From Candidatus Babelota bacterium (GTDB lineage Bacteria > Babelota > Babeliae > Babelales > Vermiphilaceae): DNA of 32,000 bases. Every line of letters begins with the position of its first letter. Position 1 is the stretch's first letter. A program made the translations under genes and the position numbers. The notes under the pieces were generated by a model that made no database searches, was not told where the DNA came from, and was given only the letters and a program-made list of their open reading frames with translations. Location of the stretch: the NCBI GenBank assembly GCA_039809905.1, contig JBDHVY010000001.1:480001-512000 (forward strand). The letters run 5' to 3'. Below are positions 18,540 through 27,630 of the stretch, piece by piece.

Positions 18540-20723
18540 CTATCTACAACTTAAATCACTAGTGAGAAACTCTTTTAAAAAAGTAGTCCGTTCAACACTT
18601 GTGTTATTTTTTACTGCCATTGCAACTGCTCGCGATTGCCCAATAATAATACATAATTTTTTAGCACGAGTAACTGCGGTATAAATTAAATTACGTTGTA
18701 ACATCATAAAATGTTGCATAAAAAGAGGAATAATAACTGCCGAGAATTCTGATCCTTGGCTTTTATGAATAGATATTGCATACGCATGCACAAGCTCTGA
18801 CATATCCGATGCTTCATATTCAACCAAGACACCAAGAAAGTTCACCTGCATTATTCTATCTTCAGCATTAATAGTTTCAATAATACCAATATCACCATTA
18901 AAGACATGTTTATCATAATTATTGCGCAACTGCATCACGCGATCACCAATCTGAAACTGCGCACCAGCGTAAGTAATCATCGGACCACCATTATTGCCAT
19001 TAAGCATCTGTTGTAAATCGTGATTTAATTTTTGTGTTCCTGCAACACCACGATGCATTGGCGCTAAAACTATTGCATCATCTTTATGTATGCCATAATG
19101 GCGCAATGCCTTTGAATATATTGTTGTCAGATGTTGTGAAATATTTTCGGGATTATCTTCTTTAATAAAAATAAAATCTTTACGTGCATTTTCATGCTCA
19201 GTTGTAGGAAACTCACCGTTATTTATTTTATGCGCATTAATAACAATTAAACTATCTTGTGCTTGTCTAAAAATATGCTGCAAATGAATGGTTGTAACCT
19301 TTTTACTTGCGATCATATCTTTCAAAAAATTACCCGGACCTACTGAAGGTAATTGATCAACGTCTCCAATAAGCACAAGATGCGCTGAATATGGTAATGC
19401 TTTAATTAAAGCATGTGCAAGAAATACATCAATCATTGAAGCTTCATCAACAATTAAAAAATCAGTCTTTAACGCATTACTTTCATTATGCTTAAAGCTC
19501 ATGGTACTCACATCAAAATCAAGCAATCTATGGAGCGTTGATGCAGGCCTTGCTGTTCCTTCCGTGATACGCTTGGCAGCACGCCCTGTAGGCGCAGCCA
19601 AACTGTATTGAACTCTGTGCACATCTAAAATAGTAAGCAATTGCTTAATTAATGTTGTCTTACCTGTGCCAGGACCACCGGTAATGATAGTAACTTTGTG
19701 CTGTAAACATGCAAGAACTCCTGAGCGTTGTTGCTCATTGAGCTTTAATGCATTGGTTGATGGATTTTCTTGTAACATGTTTTCTATTTTAGATAGATCA
19801 AAAGTGTGGTGCGCAAAAGTCATTAACTTATCAATTTTATGAGCAATACCTTTTTCCGCAAAATAAAATGATGGCAAGGTAATATAATGAATATCATTAT
19901 GGGTAAGTAATTTTATTTTATCAGCATTATATAAATCATGCAGTGAACATTTAATAGTATGTTGAATTTCTTCTAATTCAAACTCAAGCAGTTCAGCAGT
20001 TTCTTTTTTAAGAGCATCGAGCTCAATATATAAATTACCATCAGACGATGTTGTCTGAACAACATGCAAAATAGCCGCAATAATACGGCGTTTACAATCA
20101 AGAGCAATGCCACTTTTTTGCGCTATCTGATCAGCTGTTTTAAAACCAATACCCCAAATATCTTGTGCAAGACGATAAGGATTTTCTTCAATAAGTGCTA
20201 TCGCGTTATTTTTATAATGTTTATAAATTTTTACGGCATATGTTGCTGAAATGCCTTTATTTTGCAAAAACACCATAATATTGGAAATCTCTTTTTGATC
20301 TTTCCATGCAACAATAATCTTTTCAACACGTTTTGCACCAATACCTGGAACAGATAACAATCGTTGCGGTTCTTTATCAATAACTTCAAGAACTTTTTCA
20401 CCAAAAGCAGCAACCAGTTTATCTCCATAAACTGGTCCAATTCCTTTAATAAGACCTGATCCTAAATACTTTTTGAGCCCAAGAATAGATGTTGGCGCTT
20501 GTTTTTCACATGATTGAGCATCAAATTGTTTTCCAAATTTTTGATGCATATTCCAAACACCGCGCACTACTACTTGTTCTCCTGCAGTAATCGTCGGAAC
20601 ATGTCCTTTTACGGTAACACTATTGTGTGCAGTAAGTTGTATGACAAAAACGGCAAAACCATTTTCTTGGTTTTGATAAATAACACGATCAACAATACCG
20701 TGAATAATTTCTGTTTCAAGCAT
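18540..20723 (-). CDS. recD2: RecD2/TraA-family ATP-dependent DNA helicase (SF1B)
   Basis: N-terminal OB-like segment, helix-hairpin-helix region (SVPGIGAKRVEKI), ITGGPGTGKTTLIKQLL Walker A, LIVDEASMIDV, LIGDVDQLPSVGPGNFLKDMI, HAYAISIHKSQGSEFSAVIIPL, YTAVTRAKKLCIIIG. Confidence 0.95.
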   Translation of the reverse strand: MLETEIIHGIVDRVIYQNQENGFAVFVIQLTAHNSVTVKGHVPTITAGEQVVVRGVWNMHQKFGKQFDAQSCEKQAPTSILGLKKYLGSGLIKGIGPVYGDKLVAAFGEKVLEVIDKEPQRLLSVPGIGAKRVEKIIVAWKDQKEISNIMVFLQNKGISATYAVKIYKHYKNNAIALIEENPYRLAQDIWGIGFKTADQIAQKSGIALDCKRRIIAAILHVVQTTSSDGNLYIELDALKKETAELLEFELEEIQHTIKCSLHDLYNADKIKLLTHNDIHYITLPSFYFAEKGIAHKIDKLMTFAHHTFDLSKIENMLQENPSTNALKLNEQQRSGVLACLQHKVTIITGGPGTGKTTLIKQLLTILDVHRVQYSLAAPTGRAAKRITEGTARPASTLHRLLDFDVSTMSFKHNESNALKTDFLIVDEASMIDVFLAHALIKALPYSAHLVLIGDVDQLPSVGPGNFLKDMIASKKVTTIHLQHIFRQAQDSLIVINAHKINNGEFPTTEHENARKDFIFIKEDNPENISQHLTTIYSKALRHYGIHKDDAIVLAPMHRGVAGTQKLNHDLQQMLNGNNGGPMITYAGAQFQIGDRVMQLRNNYDKHVFNGDIGIIETINAEDRIMQVNFLGVLVEYEASDMSELVHAYAISIHKSQGSEFSAVIIPLFMQHFMMLQRNLIYTAVTRAKKLCIIIGQSRAVAMAVKNNTSVERTTFLKEFLTSDLSCR

Positions 20724-21525
20724 GGGTGTGTTTTATATACTCTGTTAATAAAGGAACTATAATTTGTGGCGTAATTTCACTAAGATTTATTGAATCAAGA
20801 TATCGCTCTTTAAGGTATTTGAGAAATTCAATTTCATTAATATGATCACCCTTTACATGCGCTTTTTTAAGAACGATCGGTAATATTTCTTTTACCGCGC
20901 TCCACTTTTCAACACGATCTTTAAATTGTGCTTCTGCTTTTGGGCAACTATGAATAAGATCAAGAAGAAAGTTCACCAAATCAATAAGAAAATGATAATA
21001 ATCATCAAAGCTTTTGATTTGACGTTCAAATGCGGTTGATTCTTGACCTTCTTTAGTTTTTGCCCATTCAAGCAAAAAACTTTCAGAGCGATTACGCTTT
21101 TGACAATCTTCTTGAATAAGAACTATCATGATATTTTTTGCCCCACGACCACTTTCTATAAATTCACCCGACTGCACAATAAAATCTGCTTTTGCATGCG
21201 TTAATAATTCTTCAAGTGCTGAACGAATAGCAATATCTTTTTTATCCACTGAATTACTTATTTCTTTTTCAATACGAGCAAGATCTTCCACGCTATAAAA
21301 TTTACCACCGAGATTATATCTGCCTTTACGCTGACTATTCGGCTGCAATTCTCCTAAAATAAAATCTAGGAGTTTTCTGCGATACTTTCTTATATATTCT
21401 ATTTTGTCGGCATTAATAAAAGTACCATCTGCTATTTTAATAACAGAAGATTCAAGCTTTACTCTGTGTTCACCGTACATAAGTATATTCATCATGAGTG
21501 GCAAGAAAAATATTACTCTCTTCAA
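20716..21525 (-). CDS. Secreted protein of unknown function
   Basis: Signal peptide MKRVIFFLPLMMNILMYGEH; 8-bp overlap with recD2-like start, suggesting co-transcription. Confidence 0.6.
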   Translation of the reverse strand: MKRVIFFLPLMMNILMYGEHRVKLESSVIKIADGTFINADKIEYIRKYRRKLLDFILGELQPNSQRKGRYNLGGKFYSVEDLARIEKEISNSVDKKDIAIRSALEELLTHAKADFIVQSGEFIESGRGAKNIMIVLIQEDCQKRNRSESFLLEWAKTKEGQESTAFERQIKSFDDYYHFLIDLVNFLLDLIHSCPKAEAQFKDRVEKWSAVKEILPIVLKKAHVKGDHINEIEFLKYLKERYLDSINLSEITPQIIVPLLTEYIKHTHA

Positions 21526-21618
21526 TTGATTCTCCCCTTATAAAAGTAGACTTAATAATTTACCTTTGCTCATGCTTCATTCCATTACACTTATGATATA
21601 TCATATTACATCGCTATT

Positions 21619-23292
21619 TTAAAAGCTTGATTCAAAATTAAGAGCAAGGGAGTAATCTTGTCCTAAACCTTTTGTATTAAGTGATGCATCAGCATTTATT
21701 GAAAAAAAGTATGTACATTTATCTGATTTAATTTTAAATAAGAAAGCTCCAAAGATTTTACTTTGCTGTGCAACTGGTTGTTTAGCTTTGAAAACATCAA
21801 TTTCAGCCAAGGTTTTCGGTGAGGCATTTATTGAAGAAAGATGTGCCTTATTTTGTAGCCAAAAATCTGTTCCTAAATTAAATCCAAAAATATCCCCTTT
21901 ATAATACATGCCACTTGTCCAACGAAAAATAACACCAGGAACAATTTTTGTATCAAATGCACGTAAAAAAAGTCTTGAGATAGCTTGTTCCTTTAAAAAT
22001 TGTAAGTTTTCAGCAGCCATATCAAGATCTTTAAAATTGTGTTCGGCAAAAGCAGCTTCATTAACTCTATTTATATAAAATCGTTTTTCTCGCGCAGGAA
22101 CAAACATTTCTAATGAAATTCGATTAGCAAACTTTAATCGCTGTGCAAACCATGTATTCATAATAGTACTCAAAGGGGCTTTTCCACGCATATATACACC
22201 CAAGCCCAAATGACCATTATTTCCAAGAGGCACATCAATCAAATCCGCAGCAACTCTATCAAGTGCATCTAAAAGAAAATTTTGCAACAACAGCTTTGCT
22301 GCTTGCTCAGAATCTTCACTCGGATTTGATAAAGCATCAAAAATAGGTTCCAACTCAAATGTTGGTAATGTTGACGGCTTGGCAAAAGACGAACCTAAAA
22401 ATCCTGCTCCCCATCTAAAAGCTGTTGGAATAGTTGCAAGACCTCCAACGCGTAATTTGTATGATGGACGATTTAATACCGTGCCATCAATTTCGATACG
22501 TGTATCTCCCAAACCTATTTTATCACTAATAAAATGAGCTTTTCTAAATCTTTTTTCTTCTTCAGGTTCCATAGCTCCAAGCTCTCTGGCAACCGCATCT
22601 TGTTCTTTTTTTGTTAAAGAAAAGTTACTCTCTAAATAATACAAAGGAGCCATAATGCGTAGCGTGACATTATTCCATCGCTTCATGCCATGAATCATAA
22701 ACCCAACCTGGCGTTCTTCAACCGTCATATTCCTGAAAAGTCCAAATATTTTATCAATATCAAGATCAATTCCCAGAGAAAGCATATTTGCATTCTCAAT
22801 AGCTTGTTCAAGCCGAGCAATTAATGAATTTTGAGAAAGAGCAAGCCATGATTCTAATTTATCACTACCTCTGGTGAAATTTGATCGGGTAGTCTTACGT
22901 GCAAATGCATTGAGACCCACAACCCACTTACCAGGAAACTCTGGACGATCTGGTTCAAATATAGGTTGATCAAGTAAACTTCTTTTATTAAGAATATTAG
23001 TATGTAAAAAAAGAGGTTCTTGTAAAACTGCAGGCACGCCTAATGCATTCAGAATAACCATAATTTCAACCGGATTAACCGCACGAGATATATGATCCAT
23101 CCCTGTTGTATCAAGATATTCATTCATAAACTCATAATCATCTTCTTCATCAAAAGAGACACTATCAAAATCAAAATCTTTAGTTTCTGTAGGCTGTTTA
23201 TATGTCTCAGAAAGATCTTCCGGCTTTATATAAGAACAGATTCCACTCAATAATAGGCTCGATAATACTAATTTCAATAGATACGGCATCAT
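21619..23292 (-). CDS. Putative outer-membrane/surface protein of unknown function
   Basis: Signal peptide; WVVGLNAFARKTTRSNF..., VTLRIMAPLYYLESNF, GNNGHLGLGVYMRGKAPL, repeated amphipathic strand-like segments and C-term TYFFSINADASLNTKGLGQDYSLALNFESSF (terminal Phe). Confidence 0.65.
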   Translation of the reverse strand: MMPYLLKLVLSSLLLSGICSYIKPEDLSETYKQPTETKDFDFDSVSFDEEDDYEFMNEYLDTTGMDHISRAVNPVEIMVILNALGVPAVLQEPLFLHTNILNKRSLLDQPIFEPDRPEFPGKWVVGLNAFARKTTRSNFTRGSDKLESWLALSQNSLIARLEQAIENANMLSLGIDLDIDKIFGLFRNMTVEERQVGFMIHGMKRWNNVTLRIMAPLYYLESNFSLTKKEQDAVARELGAMEPEEEKRFRKAHFISDKIGLGDTRIEIDGTVLNRPSYKLRVGGLATIPTAFRWGAGFLGSSFAKPSTLPTFELEPIFDALSNPSEDSEQAAKLLLQNFLLDALDRVAADLIDVPLGNNGHLGLGVYMRGKAPLSTIMNTWFAQRLKFANRISLEMFVPAREKRFYINRVNEAAFAEHNFKDLDMAAENLQFLKEQAISRLFLRAFDTKIVPGVIFRWTSGMYYKGDIFGFNLGTDFWLQNKAHLSSINASPKTLAEIDVFKAKQPVAQQSKIFGAFLFKIKSDKCTYFFSINADASLNTKGLGQDYSLALNFESSF

Positions 23293-23712
23293 AATTTATA
23301 TTTTCTTTGGTTAAGTTTCAGATTAAAAAAATAATATATAGCATAAGTCGTTACAAAGGCCCAATAAAACAATCGCACATTTCTTGATGCAGGGTCCCCA
23401 TTTTATCTCCACTTTCGCTATCGCTTCATCGGTATCCCCCGGTGAAACGAAGTAAAACAAGAGGTGAAAATAGAGAATGGGTTGAAGTCATTATATCAAT
23501 GGTCATTAGTCAATTATTACAAAAATTCTGCAAAAATGATACTGTACCCAAAGGGCTACCTCAAAAACTACGTATCCAATTCAATCATTTTGGTCAAAAA
23601 TATGCCTTTTTACCAACATTCCACTTGTGAAAAAATAAAAAACTGAGTTACACTAGAAAAAGAGTATTTCAGAATATAATAGAGGTTGGAGCTATTACAA
23701 TAAAGGATAACC

Positions 23713-23967
23713 ATGGACGGCATTTTTTATGCAAAAGCAGCCGCATATATTGGAGCGGCAATTACTATGGGCTTCGGCAGTCTTGGGCCAGCAATTGGTC
23801 AAGGAATCATCGGAATGAAAGCTTGTGAAAATCTTGGAAAATATCCAGAATCTGCTGACAAACTGCGCACAACTATGATGGTCGCTCTTGGTGTTGTAGA
23901 ATCTTCGGCAATATATTGCTTCCTTATTTCTGGATGGTTAGTATATCTTGGATCGCAAATCGGATAA
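23713..23967 (+). CDS. atpE: F0F1 ATP synthase subunit c
   Basis: Two-TM hairpin: AAITMGFGSLGPAIGQGIIGMKACENLGKYPESADKLRTTMMVALGVVESSAIYCFLISGWLVYLG. Confidence 0.95.
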   Translation: MDGIFYAKAAAYIGAAITMGFGSLGPAIGQGIIGMKACENLGKYPESADKLRTTMMVALGVVESSAIYCFLISGWLVYLGSQIG

Positions 23968-23973
23968 AAATCC

Positions 23974-24345
23974 ATGAATATAAATGCAACAATCTTGGTT
24001 CAAGCATTCAATTTTTTTATCGTATATTGGATGTTACGTCTTCTTCTTTTTAAACCTATTATTGCAATTATTGATCATGAAAAAAATCAAGAAAACGCTC
24101 TGCATAACATTATTAATCAGCAGAAAAAAAGTCTTGAAATCCAGGAAAAAGAACGGCAACGTCAGTGGCATATCTGCCAAGAATACTTTACTACACATCA
24201 ACCGCCAATTCTTCAACAAAAATCTTCTCTTGATGAAATAGATCAAGGTATTGAAATGGTAAAAACAGTATCTGCTGATTCTATCCTAGATACAATTTCT
24301 CAAGCAAAAAGCGCTTTAGAGGAAAAAATAAAGCATGTTTATTAA
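23974..24345 (+). CDS. atpF: F0F1 ATP synthase subunit b (first copy, b or b')
   Basis: Position directly after c; single N-terminal TM (LVQAFNFFIVYWMLRLLLFKPIIAIID) then charged helix. Confidence 0.75.
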   Translation: MNINATILVQAFNFFIVYWMLRLLLFKPIIAIIDHEKNQENALHNIINQQKKSLEIQEKERQRQWHICQEYFTTHQPPILQQKSSLDEIDQGIEMVKTVSADSILDTISQAKSALEEKIKHVY

Positions 24346-24832
24346 TCAAAACATTGTTGCGGTTATCTTTAAGTTAATCAATTTTTTTGCAATCATAGGC
24401 TTGGTATATTTTCTCTTTAAAAAATATGTCAAAGCTGACCTACTTTTTGCTATAGAACAAAAAGATGCTGATCATGCATCGTTGCTCCGCCAAAAGATAA
24501 CCCTTGAAAATCAATTGCGTAATCTTGATGAGCAAGTACAATCAGAATCTATTCAATGCCAAGATCTTAAATCTAAAATCGATGAGTGGAAGCGGAAAGT
24601 CAATCTTGAAAAAGAAGTACATGAAAAAGAACTAAGCACTTTGTTGCTTATCGCAAAAAAACGTAGAACTGAAGTTGCATGCAAACAAGAGAATCAACGT
24701 GTGCAAAATCACGTTATCGATGCGGTAGCAGATGATTTAAAAAAAACTATCTCTCATGATTTTTCACACTCAAAAAAAGGAAATGATTATCTTGATGCAA
24801 TTATACGCTTTATGAATGAGAAAATATCATGA
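24335..24832 (+). CDS. F0F1 ATP synthase subunit b (second copy)
   Basis: Overlaps the previous ORF; N-terminal TM (VIFKLINFFAIIGLVYFLFKKYV) then long charged coiled coil; precedes delta. Confidence 0.8.
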   Translation: MFINQNIVAVIFKLINFFAIIGLVYFLFKKYVKADLLFAIEQKDADHASLLRQKITLENQLRNLDEQVQSESIQCQDLKSKIDEWKRKVNLEKEVHEKELSTLLLIAKKRRTEVACKQENQRVQNHVIDAVADDLKKTISHDFSHSKKGNDYLDAIIRFMNEKIS

Positions 24833-25374
24833 ATAACACTGCGGTTAATAAAGATGTTGCAAAAAAATATGCTCAGGCATTTTTAGCCATATTTCCTAAA
24901 ACATTTACATTTAGCGATGTAAAAAAAATAGAAGCTGCATATGAATTTTTGCAAACGCACAAACGCACACTCTTCTTTTTACAGCTTCCACAATTTGATC
25001 AAGAAAGAAGAAAATCTATGGTTGCGGATTTAATTGATTATTTTTCATTATCCGATAGCCTTGCAACAATTATCTTACTGCTTATTGAGCATAATCGTGC
25101 TTTTTATATCCCAACTGTTTTTTTGTGGATTACTCGATTATACAAGCAACAGATAAACAGCACTGAATTTTCTATTATAACCACTCAAGAAATCAACGAC
25201 CAACAGATTGAATCAATTAAACAATTCCTTGGTCGTTTAGTTAATAAAAAAATTATAGGTACACCGTCTATAGATACATCACTCATTGCAGGTCTACGAT
25301 TACAAAGCAATGAATATCTATGGGAATATTCGATACGCAAGCATATTAATGCTTTACAAGCATTGAAACGATAA
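24829..25374 (+). CDS. atpH: F0F1 ATP synthase subunit delta
   Basis: 4-bp overlap with upstream b; N-term VAKKYAQAFLAIF; position immediately before alpha; C-terminal half GTPSIDTSLIAGLRLQSNEYLWEYSIRKHINAL resembles the conserved delta C-terminus. Confidence 0.85.
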   Translation: MNNTAVNKDVAKKYAQAFLAIFPKTFTFSDVKKIEAAYEFLQTHKRTLFFLQLPQFDQERRKSMVADLIDYFSLSDSLATIILLLIEHNRAFYIPTVFLWITRLYKQQINSTEFSIITTQEINDQQIESIKQFLGRLVNKKIIGTPSIDTSLIAGLRLQSNEYLWEYSIRKHINALQALKR

Positions 25375-25387
25375 AAGGCTCATAATT

Positions 25388-26887
25388 ATGAAAAATACAG
25401 ATCTTATATCTCTCTTTGAACGTTCACTCCGTGATTTACCAGAAGAACAATTAGAAGAAATTGGTACTGTTATCCGTGTAGGCGATAATATTTGTACCGT
25501 ATATGGTTTATCAAACGCGATGCTGGGTGAATTAATTAATTTTGAAGGTGGCAATAGCGGTATTGTGTTTCAATTAGAAGAAAACTCTGTTGCTATTTTT
25601 TTAATTGATAGAACTATCCCTGTTGCAGAGCTTGAAACAGCAAAAAGAACACATTCTGTATTTAAAACACCTGTTGGCATGGGCCTTATTGGTCGAATTA
25701 TTAGCGCTGAAGGCCAACCACGCGATGGAGTTGGCGATTTAGATGTCGCAGAATATCGTCCTATAGAAACAGATATACCTGGCATTATGGAACGCTCTCC
25801 CGTTAATGAATCTCTTGAAACTGGCATTTTGGCCGTTGATATATTAGTTCCTATCGGAAAAGGACAGCGCGAACTCATTGTAGGCAATAGAAATACCGGC
25901 AAATCTTCACTGGCAATTGATGCGATTTTACATCAAAAAGGTAAAAATGTTTTATGTGTCTATGTTTCCATTGGTCAGCGCCAAGCAAACTTAGCTCGTC
26001 TTGTTTCGTTGCTCGAAAAAAATGGCGCCCTTGAATATTCGGTTGTTGTCAGTGCTGATTCAGGCGATGCCGTACTCAGTCAGTACCTTGCACCATATGT
26101 TGGCTGTACTATTGCAGAATATTTTCGCGATCAAGGAAAAGATGTTCTTGTTGTGTATGATGATTTAAGTAATCATGCAATTGCGTTTCGAGAAATGTCA
26201 TTGCTTGTTCGCAGATCACCAGGAAGAGAAGCATATCCTGGCGACGTTTTTTATCTTCATTCACGATTACTTGAACGTGCGGGAAAATTGGCAAAAGGCG
26301 GTTCCATTACCGCTCTTCCTATTGTACAAATCCAAGGAGATGATATTACTGCGTACATTCCAACTAATCTTATTTCTATCACTGATGGACAAATCTTTTT
26401 AGATACAAAATTATTTAATCAAGGAATTCGTCCTGCAGTAAATGCTGAACTTTCTGTATCACGTGTTGGTGGTGCTGCGCAAACAAAAGCAGTAAAAAAA
26501 ATGACACGCGCATTACGCTTGGAATTAGCACAGTATCAAGAACTTCTGGCTTTTGCACAATTTGGCGCAGAACTTGATGAAGTATCTCATCGTCAATTGG
26601 AACGGGGAAAACGTGCAGTTGAATTGCTTAAACAGCCACAATATGTAACATATTCTTTTGTTGATCAAGCACTCATGTTATTACTTTTAAAAGAAGGTTT
26701 TCTTGATAGCATGGTACTTACACAAGTTAATCCATTTGTTTTGCAATATGTAAGCTATCTTAAATCAGTACACCCAAATGTGTATAACACTATTGCTGAA
26801 ACAGAAGATATTTCTTCAGACATACAAAAGCAAATTATCGCTATTGCTGCAGAATTTAGTAAACTTTTTATACCAATACAAATTTAG
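25388..26887 (+). CDS. atpA: F0F1 ATP synthase subunit alpha
   Basis: EIGTVIRVGDNICTVYGL, GNRNTGKSSLAIDAI (P-loop), SIGQRQANLARLV, VVYDDLSNHAIAFREMSLLVRRSPGREAYPGDVFYLHSRLLERAGKL, VSRVGGAAQTKAVKK. Confidence 0.97.
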   Translation: MKNTDLISLFERSLRDLPEEQLEEIGTVIRVGDNICTVYGLSNAMLGELINFEGGNSGIVFQLEENSVAIFLIDRTIPVAELETAKRTHSVFKTPVGMGLIGRIISAEGQPRDGVGDLDVAEYRPIETDIPGIMERSPVNESLETGILAVDILVPIGKGQRELIVGNRNTGKSSLAIDAILHQKGKNVLCVYVSIGQRQANLARLVSLLEKNGALEYSVVVSADSGDAVLSQYLAPYVGCTIAEYFRDQGKDVLVVYDDLSNHAIAFREMSLLVRRSPGREAYPGDVFYLHSRLLERAGKLAKGGSITALPIVQIQGDDITAYIPTNLISITDGQIFLDTKLFNQGIRPAVNAELSVSRVGGAAQTKAVKKMTRALRLELAQYQELLAFAQFGAELDEVSHRQLERGKRAVELLKQPQYVTYSFVDQALMLLLLKEGFLDSMVLTQVNPFVLQYVSYLKSVHPNVYNTIAETEDISSDIQKQIIAIAAEFSKLFIPIQI

Positions 26888-27026
26888 TTCTCATATTTTT
26901 TTAAAATTTGTTGTATAATAATGTCATATGTGCCTTTACCCCAGCTTTAAACCCCAGCTTCTTTTCTCTACGCCGGGGACCCCATAAAGAAAAAAAGGCA
27001 ACAGCTAGATAAATTTTGAAATTTGT

Positions 27027-27103
27027 GTGCCCGTAGCTCAGTTGGATAGAGCAACGGATTTCTAATCCGTAGGTCGTAGGTTCGAATCCTACCGGGCATA
27101 CCA
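27027..27103 (+). tRNA. tRNA-Arg (anticodon TCT), CCA encoded
   Basis: gtgcccgtagctcagttggatagagcaacggatttctaatccgtaggtcgtaggttcgaatcctaccgggcatacca folds as a cloverleaf: acceptor GTGCCCG/CGGGCAT, anticodon stem ACGGA/TCCGT with loop TTTCTAA, T-arm GTAGG/CCTAC. Confidence 0.97.
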
Positions 27104-27532
27104 AACTTGATGATCGGAAAAATTCAGTATCAAATCAAAAGGTTTTTCCGCATCAAATAGCAGGTTTTTGCCACTTAAGCGCAAGTTCGATAGTATCAAC
27201 TTAATAAGTTGTTTTTTTTCAACTTCAGAACTTTTAAATAATTCGTAGGCCCGGGTTGATAGATCCAGTATATATTTTGCTGTGATATAGTAGTTATCTT
27301 CAGCTTCTTGTAATTTACTCAACTGAGTATTCAATTCACCGATCTTATCGCGAATGGTATCAAATTCTGAACGGTCATCTTTATAAGCACTTTCATCAAA
27401 GCTAAAGCTTTTAATCATGGGAAAACCTTTATTCTGACAGTAGTTTTCTAACCGTATAACCTGTGCTGGCAATGATAAGCCTGCTTCTTTCTGTTCTTCT
27501 GTGCTTACACATGCAATAATAACCGCTTTCAT
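27089..27532 (-). pseudogene. Internally deleted serine site-specific recombinase (large resolvase/invertase type)
   Basis: N-terminus MKAVIIACVSTEEQKEAGLSLPAQVIRLENYCQNKGF...FDESAYKDDRSEFD matches the resolvase catalytic start. It is joined in frame to a C-terminal recombinase tail (LNTQLSKLQEAEDNYYITAKYILDLSTRAYELFKSSEVEKKQLIKLIL...). Most of the catalytic, recombinase and zinc-ribbon regions are missing. Confidence 0.8.
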
Positions 27533-27630
27533 CGATAAATAGATATATAAAATCTAAACTTGATTTTGTAGTTCTTGCTATGCTTTTCTATTCTCAGAAA
27601 TTATTATTACTATGTGTAACTGGAAAAAAT

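Noticed and set aside
23442-23646. Two overlapping ORFs (62 and 60 aa) upstream of atpE as a possible subunit a remnant
   Set aside because: No TM helices and none of the conserved subunit a features (the essential Arg helix); kept only as an unexplained leader region.
23675-23680. tataat as a -10 promoter box for atpE
   Set aside because: No matching -35 at suitable spacing, and such hexamers are common in AT-rich DNA.
26901-27104. 67-aa ORF on the minus strand ([26 protein letters not shown]...)
   Set aside because: It is the antisense translation of the tRNA-Arg gene, a well-known spurious ORF type.
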